Of a DNA stretch of 64,000 bases, positions 40,199 to 49,035 are shown in pieces. Location: positions 4,288,001 through 4,352,000 of the forward strand of contig OZ245006.1 of NCBI GenBank assembly GCA_965223545.1. The letters are read 5' to 3'. The DNA is from Planctomycetota bacterium. GTDB taxonomy: Bacteria; Planctomycetota; UBA1135; UBA2386. The notes below the pieces were generated by a model that saw nothing but the letters and a program-made list of their open reading frames with translations, ran no database searches and was not told the origin of the DNA. How positions within the stretch are numbered: position 1 is the first letter of the stretch; every line of letters starts with the position of its first letter. Made by a program: the position numbers and the translations under genes.

Positions 40199-41208
40199 CG
40201 GAGCCGGATCCTCGGGTCGACGACGCGGTGCAGCACGTCGGACAAGACCAAGCTCACCAGGGTGACGATCGCGACCAGCACCGTCATCGCCATCACCATG
40301 GGATACTCTTGCGCCATCGCGGCTTCGAACGCGAGCCGGCCGAGCCCAGGGAGCGAGAACACGTTCTCGACGACCACGGATCCGCTGATCATCGCCGGCA
40401 GCAAGACGCCGAGGAGGGTGACCAGTGGCGACAGGCCGTTGTGCAGGGCGCTGCGTCGCACGGTGCGCTCCGGCAGCCCCCAACCGCGCATCGCGCTTGC
40501 GAACTCCTGGGTCGCTGCCCGCGCGACCGAATCGCGCACGAACCGAGTCACGTAGACGCACGGACCGATCGCGAGGGCGGTCACCGGCAGGACCAAGTGG
40601 CAGCCCATGTCGAGGGCGCGCTCCCAGAGCGGCCACTGCTCGGCACCGATCGACATCAGGCCACGGCCCGGCAGCAGGGCGGGCCCCCAGCCGCCGGCGA
40701 ACGCGAGCAGGAGGAGCGTGGCGGCGAGGAACTCCGGTACGCCGTAGGCGATGAACAAGAGGGCGGCCGCGCCCCGGTCGAGCCAGCCGCCGGCGATCAT
40801 GCCGAGGCGGGCGCCGAGCGGGATGGCGATGCCCAGGCCCAACAGCAGCGCCAGCCCGTTGACCAGCAGGGTCACCGGCAAGGCCTCGGCGATGCGCTCG
40901 CGAAAGCGCGCCCGGTTCTCGCCCGGTCCCGCGAAATCGAGGCGGCAGGCGCGCGTCAGCCAGCCCCAATAGCGCACCCACACCGAGTAGGGTTGCTTGG
41001 TCTCCGGGTCGGCCATGCCCCAGTGAACGCGCAGGGCATCGAGCGCCTCGCGGGAAGTCCTGGCACCCGACTCGAGGTTGTGGCCGGTGGCGAGCTCGGC
41101 GCGATCGGAGGGCGCCAGGTCCATCAACAAGAACGTCAACAGCGTGATGCCGATCAACGCCGGCACCATGCGCAAGAGGCGCTTCGTCAGGTAGACGACC
41201 AGCGGCAC
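40195..41208 (-). CDS. Peptide/nickel ABC permease (DppB/OppB-like)
   Basis: YLTKRLL, HLVLP, GSVVVENVFSLPGLGRL, DPRIR. Confidence 0.93.
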   Translation of the reverse strand: MPLVVYLTKRLLRMVPALIGITLLTFLLMDLAPSDRAELATGHNLESGARTSREALDALRVHWGMADPETKQPYSVWVRYWGWLTRACRLDFAGPGENRARFRERIAEALPVTLLVNGLALLLGLGIAIPLGARLGMIAGGWLDRGAAALLFIAYGVPEFLAATLLLLAFAGGWGPALLPGRGLMSIGAEQWPLWERALDMGCHLVLPVTALAIGPCVYVTRFVRDSVARAATQEFASAMRGWGLPERTVRRSALHNGLSPLVTLLGVLLPAMISGSVVVENVFSLPGLGRLAFEAAMAQEYPMVMAMTVLVAIVTLVSLVLSDVLHRVVDPRIRLR

Positions 41209-41216
41209 CGCTCCGG

Positions 41217-42005
41217 TCAGCGTCCCTCGATCGCCTGCAGAATGGCGTCGCGCGTGTCGACCCAGCCGTCCTCGGGGCGCTCGCCGTTGCGGAACTCGAG
41301 CGTCAGGATGCCGACGCCGCGGTCGCGGCCGAGCCACGAGCCGAGCGAGCCCGGCGTGCCGTGCAGCTGTTCCGAGGCGACGAGTGGAAAGCCGCTGGCC
41401 TCGGCGAAACGACGCGCATCCGCCTCGGCGGCCCCATCCCAGTTGATGAAGCGCCCGCGGCGGGCCGAGTGCGCGACGATGACCAAGTCGGGCGCGAGGT
41501 CGAGGATCAGTTGGTGCAGCGCCTTGGCCTCGGGTTGGTCCAGCGGCTGCCGACCGGTGGTGCGACTGGAGCGGAAGTTGCTCGCCGGGAAGTTGCGGTT
41601 GAGGTCGACGCCGTTGGCATTGCCGCGAGTGCCGGCGGCGGAGCCGTCCGGGTTGACGTCTTCGACGATCGACAGCGTCACCCGGTCGCCGAGCCCTTGG
41701 GCGGCGAACGCCCCCGGCAGCGCATCAGTGGCGACGCTGCCTTCGCGCTCATTGCCGTGGATGCCACCGACCCACAGCACGCGCCGCGGTCCGCCGCCGA
41801 TGTGCCTCACCAGCAAGGGCCGGCCTTCGACCGAAAAGCCGAACGTCTGCCATGCACTGGGCCGGGTGGCGCGGCCGGTGGCTCGTTCCGAGCTGCGCGT
41901 CGCCACCGGTTCTTCCTCCGGACGCAGTGGCTCGTGCTGGATCGGGCGCGGCAGGACGCAACCCCCCACGCCAAGGAGAAGAACGCAGGCGGCGAGCCGG
42001 AGCAT
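41217..42005 (-). CDS. M14 murein peptide amidase A (MpaA)-like lipoprotein
   Basis: Lipobox-like LLLGVGGC, SVEGRPL, GIHGNE, NPDG, DLNRNFP, PGSLGSW, LTLE. Confidence 0.82.
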   Translation of the reverse strand: MLRLAACVLLLGVGGCVLPRPIQHEPLRPEEEPVATRSSERATGRATRPSAWQTFGFSVEGRPLLVRHIGGGPRRVLWVGGIHGNEREGSVATDALPGAFAAQGLGDRVTLSIVEDVNPDGSAAGTRGNANGVDLNRNFPASNFRSSRTTGRQPLDQPEAKALHQLILDLAPDLVIVAHSARRGRFINWDGAAEADARRFAEASGFPLVASEQLHGTPGSLGSWLGRDRGVGILTLEFRNGERPEDGWVDTRDAILQAIEGR

Positions 42006-42153
42006 GGTGGCAACCATAGCGAAGGGTCGGCCGCGTGTCCGTGTTCTGAATGAGCGCTTCGGCCCGCGATGCCGATACATCGCGCATGAACACGTGGCGG
42101 CGGGTGCACGAGCAGGCGTGGGGCGAGTGCCGACCCTGACTCCGCGACCCCTG

Positions 42154-42699
42154 ATGCTGGTTCCCCGGCGCCGTTGCGCGGCGTGCGGTGCCGCACAGGA
42201 CGTCGTCCGCATGGCGTTGGTGCGGCGCCAGTGGCTGTGCACGGGGTGTTTGCACGAGCCGCCGGTGGGGGGTCGCTCGAACCGGGAAGAAGTCGTCTCC
42301 GCTCTCCGCGCCGGCGAGGCCGAGCGCGTCGCCTGCCCTTTGCGTCGTGCAGCGCGCGCCGCGCGGCACGCGACGGTGGTCGCGCGCGCGGTCGGCTACG
42401 GCTTGTTGGCTGCGTGGGCGGCCCATTCCCCGGCCGGCATGGCGGTCCTCACCGGAGTGCTGATCGGCGACGCGCTGACCTGGGTGCTGACGTCGTGGGT
42501 CGCGCTGGTGCGCGGCCACGGCCACTTCTGGATCGAACTGGCCCTGTTTCTCGCCATCGGCGCCTGGTGGACGCACCACGGTGGCCTCGAGCTACCGGCC
42601 GACACCGAGGGCCGCGCGACGGTCATGTTCGTCGGCATGGCGCTGTTCTCGGGCAAGGCAATCGCATTCGCGCTGAAGCTCCTGCACCGCGAAACGTGA
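42154..42699 (+). CDS. Hypothetical membrane protein with N-terminal Zn-ribbon
   Basis: CAAC...CTGC followed by about 4 hydrophobic helices. Confidence 0.65.
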   Translation: MLVPRRRCAACGAAQDVVRMALVRRQWLCTGCLHEPPVGGRSNREEVVSALRAGEAERVACPLRRAARAARHATVVARAVGYGLLAAWAAHSPAGMAVLTGVLIGDALTWVLTSWVALVRGHGHFWIELALFLAIGAWWTHHGGLELPADTEGRATVMFVGMALFSGKAIAFALKLLHRET

Positions 42700-42729
42700 T
42701 GAAGGTACGGAGCCTGAAGGTACGGAGCC
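42700..42729 (+). repeat. Tandem 15-mer x2 (left arm of a REP-like palindrome)
   Basis: TGAAGGTACGGAGCC at 42700-42714 and 42715-42729. Confidence 0.9.
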
Positions 42730-42731
42730 AG

Positions 42732-42975
42732 TCCTGCCCCGGCAGATTTGTCGGCCCTTCAGGGCAGGAAACTAGCCGCTGAGGAAGGGGGAGGGGAACG
42801 TGTGAGGGGCCCGGCAGCTACGCCCCCAATAGCCACTGGAGCACGTTTGCCCCAGAGCCAGTCTGGGTCCGAGTTGGCCATCCTTCACTGGTGAGGGGCA
42901 CGTCGCCGTGCCCACTCCCGCAGGTCAGATTCGTTTGATCGCCGCCTCGGGCCGGGCCCACCACAACAATGAGGA
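42732..42975 (+). ncRNA. Candidate IS110 bridge/seek RNA
   Basis: Non-coding end with hairpins (TCCTGCCC/GGGCAGGA; CCCAGA/TCTGGG) and internal copies of both junction sequences. Confidence 0.55.
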
Positions 42976-42981
42976 TGAAGT

Positions 42982-44364
42982 ATGGCTGGGAAGAGCAGAA
43001 CGAGGAAGGGCAAGAAGCCCGCAGCGGAAGTATTGCCAGTCGTGAAGCCCAACGCCGCCGGAATCGACATCGGCAGCCGCGAGCACTGGGTGTGCGCAGC
43101 AGCACCCGACGGCAGTCGTCCGATCAAGCGATTCGGAACGACGACGCCCCAGCTAGAGGCGCTCGCGGACTGGCTGGAGGAGCTCGGAGTGCGATCCGTC
43201 GCGATGGAGAGCACCTATGTCTACTGGATTCCCGTCTACGAGCTACTCGAGTCGAGAGGCTTCGAGGTCATCCTCGCGAATGCCCGCGAGGTGAAGAACG
43301 TGCCGGGCCGCTCCAAGTCCGATGCCAGCGATTGCAGTTGGCTGCAGAAGCTACACACCTATGGCCTCATTCGCGCTTCGTTCCGGCCTCCGAAGGACAT
43401 CTGTGCGTTGCGGACCCTGCAACGCCATGCCGCGTCTTTGATCGCGCAGCGCACGCGCCACACGCAGTTGATGCAGCGGTCACTGGATCAGATGAACGTG
43501 GCGATCCATCGCGCGGTAACGGACATCACCGGCAAGACCGGCCTCGCGATCATCCGCGCGATTCTCGCTGGTGAACGCGACCCTCGAGCGCTCGCCAGAC
43601 TGCGTGATCCGCGCTGCAAGATCTCCGAGAAGGAGCTCGCGGATCACTTGCAAGGGACCTGGATCGAGGAGCACATCTTCACTCTCGCTTCGGGCTTGCG
43701 GATGCTCGAGCACACCGACCACGAGATCGAGTCGGTCGAGAAGCGATTGATGGCGATGATCGAGGACCTGCAACCGGAGGAAGCCAAGACGGCCGACGTC
43801 CCCGAGCATCCAGACCCCCGCAAGGAGAGGAGCATCCGAACGAAGGGCGGCCGGGAGCTTCGCGATGCCCTCTGCCGGCTCGTCGGGTGTGATCTCACGC
43901 GAATCGACGGTATCAGCCCGAGCACGGCCATGATCGTGCTCACCGAGGTCGGCTACGACCTCGATGCTTTCCCGACCGAGAAGCACTTCGTCTCCTGGCT
44001 ACGCCTGTGCCCACGTCAAGCCGTCTCGGGTGGAAAGCGCATCAAGAAGCACCGCAACAACATCGCGGTCAGCAGGATCGCCACGGTCCTCCGGATGGCC
44101 GCCCTGTCCCTCCAACGTACTCAGACAGCTCTCGGCGCACACTTCCGCAAGATCGCCCGCGCGAAGGACGGCAACGTCGCCATCTTTGCCATCGCCCGCA
44201 AACTGGCCCTGCTCATCTACCGCATGCTGAAGTTCGGCCAGGACTACGTAGACGAAGGCGCCAAGGCCTACGAGGAGCGCTTCACCCAGCGACGCATCGT
44301 CGGACTCCGACAGAACGCTAAATCCCTCGGGTACAAGCTCGTACCGATCGCCGAGGCTGGGTGA
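42982..44364 (+). CDS. IS110 DEDD recombinase/transposase
   Basis: GIDIG, AMEST, KSDASD (DEDD). C-terminal LTRIDGI...F..WLRLCPRQAVSGG...AIARKLA. Confidence 0.96.
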   Translation: MAGKSRTRKGKKPAAEVLPVVKPNAAGIDIGSREHWVCAAAPDGSRPIKRFGTTTPQLEALADWLEELGVRSVAMESTYVYWIPVYELLESRGFEVILANAREVKNVPGRSKSDASDCSWLQKLHTYGLIRASFRPPKDICALRTLQRHAASLIAQRTRHTQLMQRSLDQMNVAIHRAVTDITGKTGLAIIRAILAGERDPRALARLRDPRCKISEKELADHLQGTWIEEHIFTLASGLRMLEHTDHEIESVEKRLMAMIEDLQPEEAKTADVPEHPDPRKERSIRTKGGRELRDALCRLVGCDLTRIDGISPSTAMIVLTEVGYDLDAFPTEKHFVSWLRLCPRQAVSGGKRIKKHRNNIAVSRIATVLRMAALSLQRTQTALGAHFRKIARAKDGNVAIFAIARKLALLIYRMLKFGQDYVDEGAKAYEERFTQRRIVGLRQNAKSLGYKLVPIAEAG

Positions 44365-44374
44365 GTTTCAGGTC

Positions 44375-44406
44375 AGGCTCCGTACCGTCAAGGCTCCGTA
44401 CCGTCA
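44375..44406 (+). repeat. Tandem 16-mer x2 (right arm, inverted relative to 42700-42729)
   Basis: AGGCTCCGTACCGTCA at 44375-44390 and 44391-44406. Reverse complement is TGACGGTACGGAGCCT. Confidence 0.9.
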
Positions 44407-45249
44407 GTGGATCTTGTCGACGCGGCGGACTGCGAGCTGGTAGATGTCGACGCAGTAGTCGTCCTCGATGGTCGCGCGCACGGTGAAGCGGCCGGTGACG
44501 AGGACTGGGTCGAAGTCGTAGTCGATGGTTTCGCCCTCGGGCATCACGCAGCGGACGACGCCGTTGATGTTCGGCGGTTGGCCGTAGCAGCAGGACCACA
44601 ACGAGTCGACGAGGAGGAACTCTCTCATGTTCTCGACGGCGTCGAGGGGCAGCATGAAGCCGAGCAAGCTCACGTCCTGTCCCGACAACGAGAGGACGCT
44701 CGGTGGCGCGCCGATCAGTCCTTCGGTGTACTCCCAGTCGGCCAACCGATCGAAGTGCAACAGCTCTTCGCTCGAGTCGAGCTCGCCGGCCGCGAGCCGT
44801 GCGGCGAGCCGGCGCTCGGCTTCGAGCATCGCCTCCGCGCTCCGCATCGCCGCGAGGTCGGCGGGATCGGTGCCCTTGGGGTGCTGCGCGTCCTCGGGGT
44901 TCTGTGCCCCATCGCTCGCTGCCGGTGCGTCCGCCGTGCGCGGCGTGACGTGCGGCGAAACGGCGATGACCGGTGCTGCGCGCTCCGGGCCCATCGACGC
45001 TGGCGCGGGCGCGCGCTCGCGTTCCATCAACGCGACGCTGACCGTGGTCAAGAGTCCCAAGGGAATGACCGCGGCCGCCAGCTGGGTGCGACTCCAGCGC
45101 GAACGCCGCGCGCGCGCGGCGCCGCTGCCGCGCCGCACCCGCGCGAGGATCGCCTGCGACTGGTCGGGCGGCGTGCTCTTTCCCGTGGCCTCGTCGAACA
45201 GCTGCTGTAGGTGTTGGTGCTCGACGTCTGGTCGAAGGTCTTCCGTCAT
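44404..45249 (-). CDS. Putative anti-sigma factor with extracytoplasmic DUF3299-like domain
   Basis: ATGA-coupled to the ECF sigma gene, short N-domain, one TM, C-terminal GFMLPL...EFLLV...SCCYGQPP. Confidence 0.75.
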   Translation of the reverse strand: MTEDLRPDVEHQHLQQLFDEATGKSTPPDQSQAILARVRRGSGAARARRSRWSRTQLAAAVIPLGLLTTVSVALMERERAPAPASMGPERAAPVIAVSPHVTPRTADAPAASDGAQNPEDAQHPKGTDPADLAAMRSAEAMLEAERRLAARLAAGELDSSEELLHFDRLADWEYTEGLIGAPPSVLSLSGQDVSLLGFMLPLDAVENMREFLLVDSLWSCCYGQPPNINGVVRCVMPEGETIDYDFDPVLVTGRFTVRATIEDDYCVDIYQLAVRRVDKIH

Positions 45250-45749
45250 GATTCGTCTCCGTGCATCTGTTGCTCGATGCATGCGCGCAGCGCGGTGCGC
45301 GCGCGGGCCAGCATCGATTTGAATCCCTGAGCGCCGATCCCTAGACGGGCGGCGGCATCGCGATACTTGATCCCCTCGACGTGGTGCCACTCGAGCGCCT
45401 GTCTGGCGCGGGGACCGAGCCGCGTGAGGCAGTGCCGCAGCGCATCGATCCGGTCGTCGTCGAGCGCGGTCGGGCTGTGGGCAACGAAACCGTCGACGGC
45501 GTCGGCCCAGTCGAGGTCGAGCGGTTGGCGGCGCCGGCGGCGGCCGATCAGCGCGTTGCGGGCGACACTGCGCAGGTAGGCCTTTGGATGGCGCAACTCC
45601 TCGCCGTCGCGCAGTGCCTCGGCGGCGCGCACGAACGCGTCTTGGGTGAGGTCGTCGGCTTCCTCGGGTGTGCCCCCCAACAGGCGCAAGTAGCGCCACA
45701 CCATGGCCTGATGCGCGCGCACCAAGTCGGCCAGCGCATCGGTGTCCAT
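45246..45749 (-). CDS. ECF sigma-70 family factor
   Basis: VWRYLRLLG...ADDLTQDAF...AYLRSVARN (region 2) and EGIKYRDAAARLG...LARAR (region 4). Start uncertain. Confidence 0.9.
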   Translation of the reverse strand: MDTDALADLVRAHQAMVWRYLRLLGGTPEEADDLTQDAFVRAAEALRDGEELRHPKAYLRSVARNALIGRRRRRQPLDLDWADAVDGFVAHSPTALDDDRIDALRHCLTRLGPRARQALEWHHVEGIKYRDAAARLGIGAQGFKSMLARARTALRACIEQQMHGDES

Positions 45750-45987
45750 CGGCCTCGCCCGGCGCCGCCCCTGATCGTCGGTCGGCGCGCGGCGGCGCGC
45801 GCGCGGTCGCTGCGCGATCGTCATGCTGACACAGTGCGCCAACCGGTCGAATGGGGTGCAGGACTTCGCGGTTTTTGCCCGTGCGGCCCGGCGCAGGCGT
45901 TGTGGACGGCGGTTGCGGTGCCAACGCGCTCGTCCGCAAATCGTTATGATCGAGCCGAGTTCGTTCCCGGCTCCAGGAGGTCGAGCG

Positions 45988-48900
45988 GTGCGAGAGTTCA
46001 GGTCGATGACGTTGGCTACGGTTCCCGCGGTGCTCGTAGCTGCTGTCTGCGGGCAGCCGAGTCTGCTGCTCGACCTCAACCAGAAGTCGATGGGCGGCGT
46101 GACGTCATCGAGTCCGGCGGCGTTCGTGACTCAGGGGGCCTGGGCGTTCTTCGCGGCCGGGTCCGGCGATTACGGCACGGAGCTGTACCGAACGCTGGGT
46201 GTGCCCGGATCGACGCAGCTGGTCGCGGACATCCGGCCCGGGATCAACGGCTCGACGCCGATCGACCTCGTGGTCCTGGGTACCGCGGTCTTGTTTACCG
46301 CGGACGACGGCAGCTCGGGGCGCGAGCTGTGGCGGTCGGATGGCACCGCTGCGGGCACCACGCTGCTGCTGGATGTGCGGCCCGGGTTGCAGAGCTCGGT
46401 CCCCACTTGGCTGACCGTGGTGGGCAACCACGCGTACTTCGCGGCCGATGATGGGGTGAGCGGCAAGGAGCTGTGGAAAACGGACGGCACGACCGCCGGC
46501 ACCGTCTTGCTGCGGGATATCGGTCGAGGGTCGGCCTCGGGGCGGGTCACTTGGCTCACCGCGTTCGGTGCGAGCATCCTGTTCGTGGCCGATGACGGCG
46601 TCACCGGCGACGAGCTGTGGATCTCGGATGGAACCGCTGCAGGCACCCGTCTGGTGGCAGACATCAACCCCGGCCCGGGTTCGTCGTCGATCGCAGGTGT
46701 GGAAGTCGCGGGTCCCCTCGCGTTCTTCTCGGCGTCCGATGGTGCTTCCGGCCAGGAGCTATGGATCACGGATGGCACTGCCGCCGGCACGCGCCTCGTC
46801 CGGGATGTCAACCCAGGCTCCGGCTCGTCCTCTCCGACCGGGATGACGGCGTTCGGCAACCAGCTCTGCTTCGTCGCCCTTGACGCGGCGACCGGCGCGG
46901 AGCTTTGGATCACGGATGGCACGACGCCGGGGACGCGTTTGGTTGCGGATCTCGCGCCTGGCTCTGCGCGCTCCGATCCAAACGGGCTCACCGCCGTAGG
47001 CGCGCGGCTGTTCTTCGCCGCGCACACGCCGGCCAACGGCCGCGAGCTTTGGAGCACCGACGGCACCGGTGCCGGAACTGCGTTGGTCCGCGACATCGTG
47101 CCGGGAGTCGGTAGCTCGACACCCGCCAATCTCATCGAGCACGGCGGCCAGCTGTTCTTCACGGCTTCCGATGGGGTCACCGGCACCGAACCCTGGTTCA
47201 GCGACGGAACCACCGCCGGGACGGTGTTGTTGAGGGACATCTGGCCTGGCAGTCGCTCGAGTGGTCCGACCATGCCGTTCTCGCACGGCAGCCATGTGCT
47301 GTTTTCTGCTGACGACGGGGTGACCGGTGCGGAGCCGTGGACCAGTGATGGCACGGGGCCTGGAACAAGGCTGCTCGACGACATCGCGGCCCCGCCGACG
47401 GAGTCCGCGGCGATTCGAGATGCCGTCGATCTCGATGGGATTGCCTACTTCAGCGCGGATGACGGGTCTGTCGGTCGCGAGCTGTGGCGCTCCGACGGTA
47501 CGGCCTCAGGAACGCGGTTGGTTGTCGACGTGTTGTCCGGCGGCCGAGGGTCGGGCCCGAGAGAGCTGGCGGTGGTGGGCGCGCGCATCTTCTTCGCGGC
47601 GTACGAAAGAACCGTGGGCGAAGAGCTGTGGGTCAGCGATGGGACTGCGGCAGGCACGCGCTTGGTCGTCGACTTGAACTCGGGTACCGCGGACTCGTCG
47701 CCCTCGCTGTTGGTGCCGCTGGGCGACAGGGTCGTGTTCACCGCGGACGACGGAACGCGTGGTCGCGAGTTGTGGATCAGCGACGGCACCGCCGCCGGCA
47801 CGGTCCTGCTCGGCGACTTGAATCCCGGCGCTGGCAGCAGTCGGCCGAGCGATCTCGTCGCCGTCGGGTCGCGGGTCTACTTCGCTGCCGACTCCGGCGC
47901 GACCGGGGGCGAACCCTGGGTTACCGATGGCACTCCCGCGGGCACGATGCTCTTGGCCGACATCGCCTTGGGCTCACCGTCTTCGCAGCCGCGCGATTTC
48001 GCCTTCGTGGGTCCGTGGGTGCTGTTCGCTGCCACGGACGCCGTGGCTGGGCGTGAGCTGTGGCGCACCGATGGAACGCCCGCCGGAACGGCGCTGTTCT
48101 CGGACACCTTTCCGGGGTTGTTCAGCAGTGGGCCCAAGGACTTGGTGCGGGTCGGCGATCGCGTGTTCTTTGGCGCGCTGGATCCGGCGTCGGGGTTCGA
48201 GCTCTGGACCTCGGATGGCACCGTCGCGGGCACCCGCCTCGTCCGCGATTTGCGCCCCGGGATCGCGGGGAGCTTCCCCAGCAGCTTGGTGGCACTCGGC
48301 ACCGAGGTCGTGTTCACCGCGGATGACGGAGTCAACGGGCTCGAGCTCTGGCGCTCGGATGGCACCGCCGCCGGGACGCAGCGCATCAGCGATTTGATCC
48401 CCGGGACCGCGGACCCTCGGATCGCGCACCTGACACCGGTCGGTAACCGTTGGCTTTGTTTCTCGGCCGAGGATGCCAACGGCGACCGCGAGCTGTGGAT
48501 CAGTGATGGCACGGCGGCGGGAACCGTCCGCTTTGACCTGCACCCCACTGCGTCGTCGACGCCGCGGGACTTCCGGGTAGTGGGGCCATGGTTGTTGTTC
48601 AGCGCGGTGGACGAGCTCTTCGGTGAGGAGCCGTGGGTGATGCCGCTGGGCGCCACTGCGCATGGGGTCGGCGCCAGCTGCGCTGCCGGTGGCCGCGTGC
48701 CGTCCCTGGTGGCGGCACCGCCGCTGCTCGGTGCCGCGGCGCTGGTCCAGGGCTTCGACGCTCCGCCCGGTGGTGCCGGCGCGCTCTTGCTCGCCGCTCC
48801 GCGGCTGCCGCTCTCGCTCGGCTCGGGCTGCCATTTCCATCTCGACCCTGGCACGATGATCGTCGTGGCGGCCCCAGTGGTCGACGCTGCCGGCCGCTGG

Positions 48901-49035
48901 ACCGCGACCATCCCCGTGCCTCCTACTCCCGCCTTGCTGGGGCTTGCCACCATGTTGCAGGCAGTGCTGCAGCCGAGTGCACTGCCGCTCGGTGCCGACG
49001 TGACCGCCGCGGTCCGCTGGACGCTCGGGCGCTGA
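45988..49035 (+). CDS. ELWxxDGT repeat protein (~18 repeats) with the shared C-terminal domain
   Basis: AGGAGG RBS, GTG start, signal peptide, about 18 ~48-aa G-x-E-(L/P)-W-x-(S/T)-DGT units. Confidence 0.93.
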   Translation: MREFRSMTLATVPAVLVAAVCGQPSLLLDLNQKSMGGVTSSSPAAFVTQGAWAFFAAGSGDYGTELYRTLGVPGSTQLVADIRPGINGSTPIDLVVLGTAVLFTADDGSSGRELWRSDGTAAGTTLLLDVRPGLQSSVPTWLTVVGNHAYFAADDGVSGKELWKTDGTTAGTVLLRDIGRGSASGRVTWLTAFGASILFVADDGVTGDELWISDGTAAGTRLVADINPGPGSSSIAGVEVAGPLAFFSASDGASGQELWITDGTAAGTRLVRDVNPGSGSSSPTGMTAFGNQLCFVALDAATGAELWITDGTTPGTRLVADLAPGSARSDPNGLTAVGARLFFAAHTPANGRELWSTDGTGAGTALVRDIVPGVGSSTPANLIEHGGQLFFTASDGVTGTEPWFSDGTTAGTVLLRDIWPGSRSSGPTMPFSHGSHVLFSADDGVTGAEPWTSDGTGPGTRLLDDIAAPPTESAAIRDAVDLDGIAYFSADDGSVGRELWRSDGTASGTRLVVDVLSGGRGSGPRELAVVGARIFFAAYERTVGEELWVSDGTAAGTRLVVDLNSGTADSSPSLLVPLGDRVVFTADDGTRGRELWISDGTAAGTVLLGDLNPGAGSSRPSDLVAVGSRVYFAADSGATGGEPWVTDGTPAGTMLLADIALGSPSSQPRDFAFVGPWVLFAATDAVAGRELWRTDGTPAGTALFSDTFPGLFSSGPKDLVRVGDRVFFGALDPASGFELWTSDGTVAGTRLVRDLRPGIAGSFPSSLVALGTEVVFTADDGVNGLELWRSDGTAAGTQRISDLIPGTADPRIAHLTPVGNRWLCFSAEDANGDRELWISDGTAAGTVRFDLHPTASSTPRDFRVVGPWLLFSAVDELFGEEPWVMPLGATAHGVGASCAAGGRVPSLVAAPPLLGAAALVQGFDAPPGGAGALLLAAPRLPLSLGSGCHFHLDPGTMIVVAAPVVDAAGRWTATIPVPPTPALLGLATMLQAVLQPSALPLGADVTAAVRWTLGR

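Larger units (their letters stand above)
42729..44376 (+). mobile_element. IS110-family insertion sequence
   Basis: Transposase plus a ~250-bp non-coding left end and a very short right end. CAG is present at both junctions (42729-31; 44369-71 or 44374-76). Exact ends uncertain. Confidence 0.88.

Noticed and set aside
42071..42078. GCCGATAC as a second sigma28 -10 box
   Set aside because: No convincing -35 element at suitable spacing, and the motif is likely by chance in GC-rich DNA.
42700..44406. Flanking repeats as a CRISPR array or as classical terminal inverted repeats
   Set aside because: Only two abutting copies per side, no spacers and no cas genes. The right copy contains a neighbouring gene's stop codon, which favours host target sequence.
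45988..48640. Periodic DNA repeats as a non-coding array or diversity-generating element
   Set aside because: They are degenerate codon-level echoes of ELWxxDGT protein repeats, and there is no reverse transcriptase nearby.
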